In this document: positions 36,162 through 50,055 of the stretch, piece by piece
Layout: each line of letters starts with the position of its first letter
How positions within the stretch are numbered: the first letter of the stretch is position 1
Origin: Selaginella moellendorffii
Lineage: Eukaryota; Plantae; Lycopodiophyta
Direction of reading: 5' to 3'
Assembly: GCF_000143415.4 (NCBI RefSeq)
Contig: NW_003314366.1
Location: 384,997-448,996, forward strand
DNA: 64,000 bases
Position numbers and translations under genes: made by a program
Notes under the pieces: generated by a model
Databases searched by the model: none
Told to the model about the DNA's origin: nothing
The model's input: only the letters and a program-made list of their open reading frames with translations

Positions 36162-37440
36162 AGCGGGTTCCAGCAGGCCAATCTTCTCGAGCTAGGGCTC
36201 TTTTTTTTCTTTTTTCTGCTGCAAGAAAAGCCATTACACAGCCACCGCTTCGTCTCACTCCTCCTTGTGCTAAAACGCTTCCCTTGTTTTTTAGAAAACG
36301 ACCGTTAAATGATCCCATGAGTGATTGAAAGTCCATAGCCAAGAATATGATAGCTCTGGACGACACTGATAACAAGGGTTCTAGTAGCTACTTCCCAAAA
36401 ATTTGGGATGATGTTTTCTTTGAATGGTCATGCTACATGACACTTTGGGAGGACGAGAGCACGTGTGGAGAAACAATGAGGAGCGGGGGCACGAGCTGTC
36501 ACTGTGTTGACAAAACTGAGTCGATAAGCATCACTTATGGAGAGTGATCCCTACTCCTCAAGTCTCTACCATGAATGTAAGTGTATACATGCTGTTTGCG
36601 TACCTGGGTTCGTTGGGTTCGTTAATTTTTCATTCATTTCATCTTAAGTAGTGTGTGCAGCACGGAATTGGTGGTTTGCTCTGCTTGCGATTCCATCTTA
36701 AGTGGCTGAAGTGCCCTGGCAACTAGCTTTCTAGCCACGGATTGCATTCTAGTGAACAAGATATTAAGTTACGATAGTGCATGCTAAAGATAAGGTTTTT
36801 TCCTTCGCAAGCTGCTCATTCAGTTTCAATCTCGACATTTATAACAGCATGAATCCGGTGATACAATGCTTACACCGAATCATCGTCCAATCTCCGAGGT
36901 CACTGCTTTGAGCTCCAAGATTCTTTGAGCCATGATCAGCAGCAGTTATAGTGTCTTCTCTTGCTCCATTCTGTTTCGATTTCCTATCTGCAAAATCCAG
37001 AAGCAGGATCAGCAGGACACATTTCTCAACGGAGATTGGTCATCGCACCGATTTCTCAGGTAAGCTGAACAGAAATCTCCTTGTAAAAAATTTTGCTTCA
37101 TAAGATGATTATAATTGCCGCGTAGTTGTGCTCCTTACGGATGGCAATACCAACCGGATTTTCCCATCTGTTGATTGGAGATGCTACAAGGTTAACCCCA
37201 AGACCTCGTCTTGATTGCGGCTAGTCGACTTATGCCTTGGGTTTGTTGATTTCGCGGTTTTGAAAACCCCACGCAGAATTGTATCTAGAAAACAGACGTG
37301 CTGAAGCTACCAGCAGTGACAGCGACGGAAACCCATCTGATTTATGGACAGAAACGTGTCACAGTCTAGTCAAACAAAATGACAAGGCTCTCTTGTTTCG
37401 ATCCGTATTTTGATATTTCAGCAGAGCTAGAAGCAGCGGC

Positions 37441-39080
37441 ATGGAAGATCATCTGAAACAGGTAATGGGGATTAGTTCACATGGACAAACTCGTGATTTT
37501 TCAGGGAAAACAGTCTGCTGTGAGCTATGTAATCTGTATGCTTCTTGGGCTTGGCCTCTTGTTCCCCTGGAACAGCATGGTTACTGTCATGGACTACTAT
37601 TTGGTTGTGTTTGCGGTGAGTCTGAAAAACATTCTTCAGCATACCAATTGACAAGTTTTTTTCCAGGCATACCATCCCTCTCGAGTCCTGACACTGATAT
37701 ACCAAGCCTCTGCTTTCTTCACTGTAGCGGTTCTAGCGTACCACGAAGCCAGGGTGGATACCCGCTTCCGAGTTCTCCTGGGCTTCTCACTGTATTTTGT
37801 CTCTTCCTTGATGGTTCCCATTGTGAGTAGATTCTTTCTGCTGATCGACTAATTCACAATGAAGTTTGCAGATAGATTTGGCTAGTCATGGCGGAGGAGG
37901 CCTCGCACCTTACACAGGTCTCTGTGTCTTATGCATGTTATTCGGTCTATGCGATGGCCTCGTGCAAGGTGGACTTGTTGGAGATCTTTCTTACATGCAC
38001 CCTCATCTTCTTCAGGTACTGAGACTTTATATTGTTCATGCTAATCGGCATCTCATGCAGTCATTTTCTGCTGGAGCTGGTGCCTCTGGTGCTGCCACTT
38101 CTGGTTTGAGGCTTGTAACGAAGGCATGCTTTGCCAGCACCAAGGGCGGGCTTCGTAAAGGAGCACGTAAGTTTTCAACGCTTGTCCTGCAAATCAACTA
38201 GTGTGATCGTTTCTACAGTTGTTTTCTTCTTCCTTTCTACGTCTTTCCAGCTCTTGTGCCTACTACTGTATGCCGTAGTTTTTCCAAAGCTGGAAACCAT
38301 CAAGAACTATAGAAAAGCTGCTGCATTGGAGGGTGCAACCACAGTTGGTGCTGATCTCGCAGCCGCAGGCATTCACATAGACAAGGTAGTCGGATTAAAA
38401 GATAATTATCCAACTTACAACTTACAATTGGTGGCTGGTGCTGCATGCAGGATGCAGAAGAATGTCCAACTACTAGGCTGTCCAATTTTCAGCTGCTTAC
38501 GCAGAACTTGGACTATGCATTTGATGCTGCTGCAATTTTTGTGCTCACGTTGTCAATCTTTCCAGGATTTCTGGCCGAGGATACTGGGAAGCACAGCTTA
38601 GGATCCTGGTAAGCAGTTGCTTCTTGGCGGTTTTCATATAGTTTTCTTTTTTCCTAGGTATGTGGTGGTTCTTATCGCCATGTACAACTTTGGAGATCTC
38701 ACTGGACGATATTTGCCCCTCGTACCAGCTCTCAAGCTCAAGTCGAGAACCCAAATGTTGGTAGCAGTGATTGCCAGATACTTATTCCTCCCTGCGTTCT
38801 ATTTGACAGCCAAGTTTGGCGATCAAGGCTGGATGGTCATGTTGTGCATCCTTCTGGGCTTGAGCAACGGGCATTTGACCACGTCTGTTCTCGTCGCCGC
38901 GCCAAATGGTTACAAGGTGTGTGTGTGTTTGCTTGTGCGATTTTTCTCTATGACCTCTGATATTATGTACAGAAGCCGGAGCAAAATGCATTGGGCAACA
39001 TCTTGGTGGTCTTCATACTTGCGGGCGTCACTGTAGGAGTGACACTGGATTGGTTGTGGCTTATCGGTAAAGGCTGGTAG
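37441..39080 (+). CDS. Equilibrative nucleoside transporter (ENT3-like), multi-exon
   Basis: Spliced reading LLGLGLLFPWNS, YHPSRVLTLIYQ, VQGGLVGDLS, LTLSIFPGFL, LGLSNGHLT, EQNALGNILV and WLWLIGKGW*. Confidence 0.93.
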
Positions 39081-40082
39081 CGCTACCATGAATGACAAGC
39101 AGATTTAGAGGCCCATTCTCGTGGTTTCCTAAACATGGTGCACAAAGAAGTTGTTCGAATGATGACTGGAAGGACTTTAGTCTCATCGAATATAATTCTT
39201 GTTGCAAACACCCAGAATGGAAGAAACAATGGAATTGTTCAACAAGATGCCTATGCATGACGTTGTGTCACCTTGTCATTTTCAATAATATGGGTTGCTC
39301 TTCAGGTGCATTTAGGTGCATTCAAGGGACATGTACAGCATGTGTAAATGGGATGGGGAACTTCCTCTTCAATGGCTTGTGTTATCAAGCTAATTTAATG
39401 GTAATGTGTTCACACCACCATATTATTATATTAGATTTTATAGAGTTGATAGTTTAATTTAATAATTTATTCACACCAGAAATTGGCAGCTAATGTAAAT
39501 ATTAATGAAAATACTATAACATTAGTGTTGCCAGTGGAACTCTTGTTCCCAGAGCTGGCTCAAGTTCTCACAGTGTTGTGTTGGTAGAAGTGAAAGTAGT
39601 GCTAATGGTCTTGGCTCAGGATCTAATTGATGGAACTCTTGTTCCTGGTTTTAGAGCTACCGTGAAAGATCTCAGAATGTTATTATTAGTGTCATTGGTA
39701 GAGCTATCATGGGTCTTGGTGGTCCAAAGTGTTTGATTACCATAGGAGCCTCAGACCAACTTGAGTTGCATATAATTAAGTATTTTTATATATACTGTAT
39801 CATTTTCTATACATAGTTTATATATCTTATAAAAGTTAAAAGACAAAAACTATACTTCAAAACTATCATTAGTTGATACTAGAAAAAATTATATAAATAT
39901 TATATAATAAAATAGCTGAGACAAGATAGGCTGCTCTAATGACTCCACAAAACTTGCCCAATGTTGGTTCTTCACTGATTGCGTCTACTTGTCTTGGGTG
40001 TTGGACTCATCCTCATATATAAGTTTAGATGGAGAGCATCAAAATTGGAGTAAAAAGAAAGTAAACAAGGAAGAGAAAGTTA

Positions 40083-40215
40083 AGGTTTAAATATAAAGAA
40101 GAAAAATATTTCTAACTGATTATTAGGATATTTAGAGTTAAGTATTTTTTGGGTTTGGGGAAAGCTTAATATAAAAAGGGTGTTAAAAAAGCGTGAACTT
40201 ATAGGTACCTTGTAA
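40083..40215 (+). mobile_element. Highly eroded Cassandra-like fragment
   Basis: GGTTTAAATATA..GGATATTTAGAGTTAAG..TTGGGTTTG and GCGTGAACTT resemble the Cassandra LTR and internal end. Confidence 0.45.
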
Positions 40216-41576
40216 ACAACTAAAGATTAAAGAGTTTATAATTCTCAGCAAGCTAGAATGACCAATACACCATGAGGCAAACTCAAGATTTGCCCTTGTT
40301 AGAACTCCGATATGCACAAAGGTGAGAAAAATCATATTGTTCAGAAGAGCAATGCAAAGGAAGGCTTGTAAGTATCTTGAAGTCTGATGCCTTCTTCTTG
40401 CCTAACTCCTCCTCATCCTCACTTTAGTTTATCAACGCACACTTTTGCTAGGTGATTAGTTTTTCCACACTTAAAGCACTGCCATTGATAACAGCATGAA
40501 AATTTTTGCTTTCATTTCTATAGAGTTTTAAGGAGTTAAGTTGGTTGCAATGCCTTCCATCGTGAGAAAATTTGCTGCATGGCTTTGGAGTCTGTTTAGG
40601 ATTGTCAAAGTTATAGCACATCACTTGTGACACCTCCATATCTTCCAAATCATCAAAGTAAGGTACACAAAGCTTATAAGCAAAGAAAATGAAGAATAAA
40701 CAAAAACCAAGATCTTCTAGAATGCCCAGCCAAATTCTTGGCTGCAAGTAGGAATGTGATACTGTGCAAAACCATCAAAACAAAGCCTTTAAAAAAACAA
40801 ATGTGCTCTCCTATCATTCTGCCCGAGAGGTCATGGCTGGGAATAGCTGTGGGCTAGCTGCCATGGATATGATGACCATGGTTTTGGCTGCACATTGCTA
40901 TCTCTGGCCAGGAAAATACCTTTCACCAGTGATGCAATTGCCACTTTGGCCATAGTAAGATCTAATCCTCTAAAGAGCATCCCCAACAAGAAAATAAAGG
41001 ATCAATCACGGCCGACTATTTGGGATTCAATAATGACCACCGATCAGGCATGTCGGCGTCTATGCGCTTTGCATTCCATGAAAAGATCTCCAGTCTTCTC
41101 GAGGGCTATCACTTTACAAGAGAAGTGATGGGGTGTGGTTGACGATCTCCTTAGCCCTAGATCCATCGTGAATATACTTGCAAGGAGAGAACATTTGGGT
41201 GTCTTGGCATGTATGTTCGGTCGCGAAAATGTCCCATTTATTTCTTTTGAACGATTGAAACATGCTCTATTCTCGGAATGTCGTAAGCAATCAAACATGG
41301 TGGTTTGTAAGCTCGATAGAAGATTGCCCAGTTCTTGCAGGAGCTTATCTAGAATATTTTTCCAGGAACTCGATATTTTTGGTTGCCCATTCTCGGCATA
41401 TGTTGTAGTTATTCACTTCCATGTCAGGAAGGCACATCTCCTGAAACAAAGTATAGCATTCTTTTTCTTTGCATTCTCTCCTTTGATCCATCCTTGGCCC
41501 TCTGCGACTGCGAACAAAAGAGCCTTTCCCCTTCTTCATTCTCTCTTCATTTTGTTAGGGTTTCTAGGACTCCGTG

Positions 41577-44500
41577 ATGGTAAGTCGAGCAAGCCTCCAT
41601 CTTGTTCTTCTTGTTCTTCTTCTTTAACGCGGTCGCCTTGCCAGTACGCGATCTCAGCTATCAACGAGAGTGAGAATTCCAAAAGCCGATTGGAGCCTTT
41701 GGCCCCCACAAAAGAAGCGCAGGTTAGAATCTCAGGTTAGAAAGAATGTAGCTAGTTGTTTTAAACTTAGTTTTTGTGACATAGGAGTCTCATCTCACGA
41801 AGCTCTACCAAGATGCTTTGTCAAGTCTGCAAAGCGGGGACCTGGCAAATGCTCGGAGTCTCTTCCAGGCGATCATCCAAGATCCTTTGTCCATCAAGTC
41901 ACAGGTAACTTCAAACACTTTAGGCTTTTCTTTCCAAATTTGTTCTTTGAGTCCTTATGATTGTTTCTTCGCTGTGTTTCTCCATCTAGCGAGGAAAATC
42001 CGATGCAATGCTCCACTTGAGGTGAGTGAAAAAAGAAAAAGCTTGGACCTTGATCATCTTTTCTCGTGCAGGTTCTTAACTTACAGAAACTTAGCCGAGA
42101 CTTACGTGAAGCAAGGGCCAGAGTTTTCCGCTGAAGGTCTTCACTATTACTTGCAAGCTGTGGCGATCGACGATAAGGATGTCGTCCTTTGGAATCGTCT
42201 GGGAACACTCGCCTGCTCGCTTGGAAAGCTCAATATCGCACGCAAAGCGTTTGAGCAGGGTCTTCATTGCAGTCCACGACACTGTAAGAATATATTCATA
42301 TCTTTCGTGTGGAAGATCTTACCAGCAGTTCTATTCCGACCAGGGAGTTGCATGGAGAAACTTGTCGAAGTTTTGATCGCCATTGGAGACGAGACAGGCT
42401 GCATCTCAGTCGTGAAACGTCTGCTTAAGTTCCATCCTTCGCACCCTCGCGCGCTTCATATCAAGAGCGTTATTGAAGGCAAGCACCATGGCACTGGCAT
42501 TGCGGGGATGGACGGTTTGGAACCGACGCATACCAACCTTTCGTTTCAACGGAAGAGGAAGCTCGACGTTGTCCCGGACACATCCAAGAGGAAAAAAAGG
42601 AAGCAGTACTCGGTCCAGTTAACGCTACAGGAGCCGTCTTGGCTTCTCCTTGTCAAGGCTACTCTGGAGTCACTGCAAAATAGGCAGCATGGGAAGGTTT
42701 TGAAGAGCGAAGAGCTCAAAGAGAAGAACGGCTGCTATCTTGCCAATTCTCGCGTTTTCTTCTCGGTGCAAGGTCCCGATGGTGGTAGCAGCGGCCAGAC
42801 TTCTGCCAAGCTGACAGATGATCTTCTTCTCAACAATAGTGGCTGCGACACGGTCTCTCTTGCCGAGAAGATAAGCCCGAGCAAGCTCTCAGAAGTCGAA
42901 GACAGCCATGCACACGAACGTCGAAGCACTCGGCTACGGAGCCGGATCAAAGGTGAGGAGGCGGTGGCCGATTGTCCCAAGAGCTTGACACAACTTCTCG
43001 AGCCTTTCATCATCGACAGCTCGCGTTTAGAGGTCGAAGTCGATCCTGAGGCTTCAGTTATCACGCACTGCGAGCGAGTAGACGGCTCCTTGGCATACGC
43101 GGCTTCTGCTTCGTCGTCTTCACCCGAGGGCTCGGCCTCTTGCGTCACTGTGGAAGCTAGAGAGGTGACGCAGTTCATGCAAGACTATGCGAACAACAGT
43201 GGACTATATCACGTTGGACACGCTATTCTCGAGCGCGTTTCTAGCAGTGGTATAGACTGGAAGGAGCAAAGCGAGCTTCTTCTCGAGCTGGAAAAGTATA
43301 CCAGGCACTGGGGGAACGGCAGGAGTTCTAGGTGCAATCTCTTCCTGGCCGAGTTATACTTGGATGCTGCGTCTTCTTCTGCCGAGCCAGGCAAGCTCCT
43401 CGACCACTGCAACTACAACATATGCCGGGTTATCGAGTGGTCGGCTCTGGAAGTTGATTGGGACCAGGAAAATAATGCTCTACGAAGCAGCAGCATCGAA
43501 AGGGATGCCGGGTGGATTTTCTGGGCTCGGTTTCATTGGGTCTACGGGCGTTACTGCATGCTCGCTGGTAATCCAAAGAAAGGATTCAGCGAGTTTCGAA
43601 AGTGCCTTTGCTTGCTCCAAGCACAACGCGAGCGCTACACGGCGATAGTTTTGCCTCACTGCAAGATGGACAAAAGGATATCGTTGGAAATGGCCGAGCA
43701 GAAACTATACGAGTTTGAAGTTGGAGATTTGCTGAAAAACACGGTGGCCAAGCTGGACAAGGAAGAGAAGTATTTGGAGCTCATTAAGGTTCTTGAGCCG
43801 GCACTCTTCTCAGACAGAGCATCCAAAACGTTCAGCGGCAAGTGCACCGATGCTATGCAATCGCAGGAGTTCAAGGCGCTCGGCATGCTTATATCTGCGT
43901 GTCAACGAGTGAAGCCCGCCAACTTTGTGATCCAGCTGAAGTGCCACCTCAAAAGGCTGGAGATCTTCTGTCACTGTGCTGGAGTTTTCGTCAAACCCGA
44001 CGACGATCTGTCGCTCTCGCCAGGGAGCGCTGCAAGCGGTGAGATGGACGACGACAGGGCCAAGGAGCTTAGAACTTGGAGCAAGAAAATCGCCGAGGAA
44101 GTCAGGCTGCTTTCACGGTGTGCCGCTGCTCTCAAGAAGGCGGACTCCTCTAGACATGTCGACTTACCACTGGGACGTCTCCAGAATGCTCTCCTGGCGG
44201 TTCTGATCCATTTTGGATCGGGATTCTCCTGCAGAAAGCACTCCAACTCGAGTCTCAGCGAGAACCTGGAGACGAGCTTCTTCGTGGACGCGGCCATTGC
44301 ATTTTGCAGGGTTCAGCAGCTTCATCCAGCATTGCCCGTGGAGCAACAGGTACACACATTTTTTCTTACATTCATATCACTCACGATCCTTCCTCTAGGT
44401 GGGTCTTCTTGTAACAGTGCATGACATACTGGCTGATCGGGGAGTTTGCGCGGCCGGAGCTTCGTGTGACGAAGGAGAAGGCTCGTTTCTAAAGATGGCT

Positions 44501-47500
44501 ATCAAGCATCTCTTGTCGCTGGAGGTGATGCTGAAGCAGCGGGATGCTGAGAGCGAGAACGCACGTACACAAGAAAGCACAGCGACGAGTGGCTCCGTGA
44601 GAAGGTCCGAGTCACTCACTGATTTATCCGAGAAGAAGATTTGCGAGAGCGAGGACCTCGAAAGAAGGAAGGCTGGCGGCCTGGACAAGGCGCTGGATCA
44701 GTGCTTCTTCTGCTTGTATGGTCTCAACCTCAAGTCGGACCTCGAGTCAGGAGCTTCCAGCGATCTGGCCTTCCACAAGACACCGAGTGGTGGCGACTTT
44801 CAGTCGAAAGAGCAATGTGCCGCCGTGCTTCAGTATGTTCTTCCCTACGCTAAAGCGTGCTCGGTAAGTCTTTGGCTGTTTCTACTCTTGTGCTCGACTG
44901 ATGGATTCGATTCCACCTGCAGAAAACCGGCCTGGGAAAGCTGCGAAAGGTTTTGCAAGCCGTTCGTAAGCAGTTTCCTCAGCCACCTTCAAACATCCTG
45001 GTGGGAAATGCCGTGGACGCCTTTATGGACGACTTGTCTTTTGACGAGGACAAGTTCTCGGAGATGGTGATCAACAGAACCAACGTCGACGAGCTTGTCA
45101 GCTTTGCTTTTCCCAAGCAAGAGGAGAATCCCGCTACTGCCGTGGTAATCTATTCCACTCCTACAGAGGAACCAAAGAGTGAAGAGGCTGAAGCAAACAC
45201 CCAGTCTTACGTGGAGGTGTACCAGAATCTCTATTTCCTGCTAAGTCAGGTGGAGGAGACGTCGCCGACCGATAGATCGCCTGGTTTCGTGTTCACGAAG
45301 GAAGGGGAGGAGTTTTTTGAGCATGTCTCGAGCCTCTTCAAATACGATCTTCTTTACAACATGCTGCGGTTCGAGAGCTGGCACAAACTCGCAGGCATTT
45401 ACGACGAGGTATTCTTCTTTGTTTAAGACTGATGATCTGATCTCTGTGTGATCTTTTTGGTTGTAGGAAGTTGATCTCCTGCTTAACGACGGTAGCAAGA
45501 ATGTAAATGTTCTCGAGTGGCGAAAGAACGCGAGGCTAACGTCCAGAGTGGAAACTAGCCGGAGACGAAGTCGACGCTGCCTTTTGATGAGTTTGGCACT
45601 AGCTCCTCAAGCAAAGCACGAGGTGAGTACTTGTTTCAAGTCCAAATTTGCTGTGATGCTTGATGATGTAGTTCCAGATTCACGAGCTTCTGGCGTTGGT
45701 CTATTACGAGACTCTTCAGAATACAGTTCCTTCGTATGATCAACGCTCTCACGTTCAAAAGAAAGACGCTCTTTGGACTTCGAGGTGCCTAAATGCGATC
45801 AAGCACTGCGAGATAGCATATTCACTGAGGTATTTCCTTCTTTATATCTCTCTAGATCTCGTTTTTGAGCTTGTGGTATGCAGACCGGATTGGACGCATT
45901 TGCTTTATCTTGGCAAGCTCTCTGAGAAACTCGAAAAGCCCAGCGAAGAATCCTTTAGCTTGTACAAGAGGGCCATTGAGCTGAATCCTTCAGCTGTTGA
46001 CTCTTTATACCGTCTGCATCGCTCACGGCTGAAGCTGCTTTGCAAAGGGCGTTATCACGACATGCAAATCATCGAGGTACTTTGTTTTCCATGTAGCGAG
46101 ACTATAGAAGTTTTTATGATTTCCTTCCCCAGACTGTGGCCAAGTTTTGTTATTCAAGTTCTACAGAAGAGCTCGTCAACAGTAAGCTCAAGCAACCAGA
46201 CGAGCAAGTTGGCAACGAGGAAGCTTATCAGAGTGACATAGCGACGGCATGGAGAGCTCTTTTCAAGGACTGTATTTCCGCCATGCAGGCGTGCACTGAT
46301 GGAGAATTAAAGCACTTTCACAAGGCTCGTTTCTGCATTGCCCAAGGACTCTACTGCCGAGCGGAAGAACAGGACTGGGAGAGAGCCAAGGAAGAGCTCG
46401 CCTTTTGTTTCCGATCGAGTCGATCGCTCTTCACGATAAATATGTGGGAACTCGACGGCGTTATCAAGAAGAACAAGTAAGTTTTGTTGCAAGGAAAACA
46501 ACCATTTCACAGGTCTTTGTTTTTGCAGGCGCAAGGCAACCGGCCACACTTATGCCAAGAAGACTTTGGAGCTCGGGCTCCCAGAAAGCTCCCGAAAGTT
46601 TATCACATGCGTTCGCAAGTACCTGTTACTCTACTTCGTTCTCTGCGAGAAGGCTGGAGATTATGTCACATTGGAGCGTGCATATTCCACACTCCGCATA
46701 GACAAGAGGGTAAGAGAGTAGAGAAAAAAATTCGCGTTTTACGTGATCTTCCGATGTCTTGGTCTCGGTTCTTTCAGTTCTCCATTTGCCTCGAAGATAT
46801 AGCAAGCGCAGCGCTTTCATCCTACGTGCATGCTTTGGGCGCAACCATCACTCAGGCCGAAAGCTCTTCGTCTTCGTCCTTTAGTTCCTTGCAAGGCCTT
46901 CTCGAAAGAATGTTTAATCTCTTCATGGATCACGGGATATGGTGGGCGGAGACGTCCGAGTCAGAGGGACAAGAAGTGGCTGTCTACTGGTAAGAAAGAT
47001 CCATTGTTTGTTTTTTTTTTCCAAAGATCTAAGCTCTTTTCCTTCAGCTACATCCATCGCTACCTCCATTACCTGGAGAACGACTGTCGCGTGGACGCAC
47101 TGGAGCTCGTGAACGAGAGGATACGGAAGCGTTTCAAGCATCAAAAGCTAAGCAATCCTCACTTCTCACAGATTTGCCGGCACGCCACCGTCGCCTGGTG
47201 CCGGGCTCTCTGCTCGGCCCTCGCGTCCGTCACCCCGCTCGAGAGGTTGCCGGACCACACCCCGCAGCTCATCGTCGACTTGCAATACGACGTGCTCCTC
47301 TTCAGCCCCTACGACGCCGACACCACGAGCAAGATCTCCCAAGTCTCTCCATCTCCAGCAGCAGCCAGAGCGGAAGAAAGCGCTGCTCCTCCGGCCTCCG
47401 CAGCCTACATCTCCCGCATCAAAGCCGTGCCGATCGTCCAAGTCTCTCCGGACAACGCCGAGAAAGCTCACAGCTACCTCCGTGCCACCTTCGTGTTCTA

Positions 47501-47913
47501 CCGGGAAGTCACGTCGGGGCCATTCCCGAGCGGTATAAACCTCTTCATGGCATCACCCCTGGGAGCAGCGTCCACCGAGCCAGCGGCAGGCATCCAAGCG
47601 ATCCCGGGGTTTGATCCTCTCGACCTCAGCACTCCAAGGAAGCTGCTGCTATGGGCTTTTGCGCTGGTTCACGGCCGAGCAGCGAGCATAGCCGACGTTG
47701 TCAAGTACTGCGAGGAGCAAGCCAAGGTAAACCAAAGTTCTGCCAGCTTTTTCGCTCACTCTCGAGGGTTTGTTCTTCCAGACGAGGCTCAAGAAATGGC
47801 CTACTGCCGCGGCTACCGCGGCCTCTCACGTACCATCGCCGGAAAAGCTGGCGTGCTCCATAGCAAAGTGTGCCGAGCAGGCTGTCGAGATGGAGCAAGA
47901 AACCATGGTTTAA
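41577..47913 (+). CDS. CABIN1: Calcineurin-binding protein 1 (HIRA histone chaperone complex subunit), many exons
   Basis: M|[19 protein letters not shown]-terminus, TPRs ([28 protein letters not shown]), QCFFCLYG and HFHKARF. Confidence 0.9.
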
Positions 47914-47976
47914 AGTGACTATAGCTCAAGATCACTCCTGGGAACAATGGACTCAATGGTCTCGTGGTTTTGATTG

Positions 47977-49221
47977 TCAACAGGAAGAAAAGGTGAAAGA
48001 AGGCCAGAGCGTGGCCGTGGGGGAATTGGAGGAGGCCTCGGCGATTTGCGGCGTGAAGATGGGCGCCACCATCGCAGTTGGGCTCCACATTGGCTGCGAG
48101 ATGAGTTGCTCCAGTGCTGTGGATGATGATACAACTGATGCCTCCATGATCGACAAGGACGACGACGACGCCACTTGCGGAGATTCCAGCAGTTGATCGA
48201 CCCAAAACGACGAGGACGATGGCATTGACGCGCGATTGACCACCAGCGGCGGGGGAGATGGGAAGCTCCTCCTCTCCGGGAGTGGCTGATTGATTTGATG
48301 CGCTTCTGGGGCCACCATGGCCACTGGCGAGCTCAAGTCGCTGAAGAGAAGATCCGAGAGCTTGTTGATGCACCGCGCGGCGTCGATCGAGAGTGGGAAT
48401 TGCTGCTGCTGGGCCGAAACCTTGGTGGAATCCGTGGGCGCGATGCAAATCCCCTGTGTGGGCATTTTTGACATTAGCTGCTTATGCTCTGTTTGGGGCG
48501 GTAGCATGGAAGCGCTAGCGCTGCCGCTGGATGCCTGCGCGATCGCAGCGTCCGATCGCTTGGGCTGGTAGGGAAACATCTCGTAGGCGTTCCTGGGATC
48601 GTCCGGGAAGTTGAGCTTGGCGCGAATGCCCCGGAATCGAATGGCGGCCTCGTCGTAGGCTCGCGCGGCGTCCTCGGCGCTGTCGTAGGTCCCCAGCCAC
48701 ACTCTGGCCTGCTTCACTGGATCGCGAATCTCGGCAGCCCATTTCCCCCAGGGACGCTGCCTCACCCCACGAAACTTGGTCCGGCGATGGCGCCTGGTGG
48801 ATCCATCGCTGGGCTTCTTGGGTTTGAGCGCTCTAGCAGAGCTCGTCTCTGCGAGGCGAATGATAGAATGTAAGATCGTCTGCTAGTCGAGAATTCCCAA
48901 GGGAGAAGAGATCATACCAGAGATGGGCGCCTTGTTGGTTTGATCCGAGTCGGAGCTGGAAGAGGAATCGTGGCTCTTGGCCCGCTTGGATCGCCAATTG
49001 GACTGCGCGGCCCAGCTCAAATCCTCCTGAGCGAGCGCGGGAAGGACACTAGGCTCGTGATTTTGCTGCTGCTCTTGTTGATCATGCCCGGCGTGGGCGA
49101 GCGCATCCACCATGATCGCCTGCTCTGTTCCAGCCACATCGTAGAACATCCCCTGCATTAGCTCCTCATCGAAGAACGCATCGAATCCACTGCTCTGCGA
49201 GCTCCATTCCTTGTCCTCCAT
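47977..49221 (-). CDS. AP2/ERF transcription factor, group X-like, 2 exons (alternative ATG at 49266)
   Basis: [31 protein letters not shown], an N-terminal AIMVDALAH motif and an intron upstream of the AP2 domain. Confidence 0.9.
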
Positions 49222-50055
49222 CGATCCCAGGCAGCACGAATTGTAGCGCGCCGGAGAGAAGATCATGGATCGAGGGGAAATTTCCTGGAGTGGAGTGGTT
49301 CTTCTTTGTCTTGACCCTGTTCTTTGGGGATTGGTGTTTCTTCTCACTCCTTCGAAGCCTCCCCCACTGGTTCTTATGTCCCCAATCGTTGCGCGTTGGA
49401 TCGTACGGATGCCCTCCACGTTGCGACACGTGTCAGCGCGGGGACGTCATCCGTGCCACCTGGCTACCTGGCAAGGCCAAATCTTCACGTGCGCATTCGA
49501 TAATGTGCACGTTTGTTGGATAGGAGCGTGTGGTACCGCGTGCGTGGTATCCTGCGGTGGGATATTCTGGGAAGAATCACGGGTGAGTCTAAGGTCTCTG
49601 AATTAAAGGGTGGTCTTCCTTCTAGTTTCTTGGGTCCTTCGAATTTTCGATGGACTTTCAAAGTTCAAAAGAGAAAATTCCCATCGTCTTAAAGTTTGGG
49701 GATCTGGACCAACATTTTTGCCACCCTTGATCAATCTATCACACTCATGGTTTAAGTACTGTGCGTCATAATGGAAGGATTGTGTGTGTTTGCATGACAA
49801 ACACGTGAAATATTTCCATAAACCAACAAAAAGTCGAGTAGATATTGGACAAAAATAAATTAATAAAAAAAAGGAAAGAGAGGAGAAATAAATCTTGTAT
49901 AAAAAATAATCACCACATTTTACTCATGCTACGTCCAGCATCGCGTAAACGTTTCTTCCAGAAGGAAACTTCACAAGTTCTCCGCACCCTTCCCTCCCAG
50001 CAACTCCTTATCACTTATTCTTCCCCCCGTACACTTAGAAAACATATGTACGACG

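Noticed and set aside
40240-41500. Possible gene remnant upstream of CABIN1
   Set aside because: Short ORFs with no recognisable family or consistent splice model.
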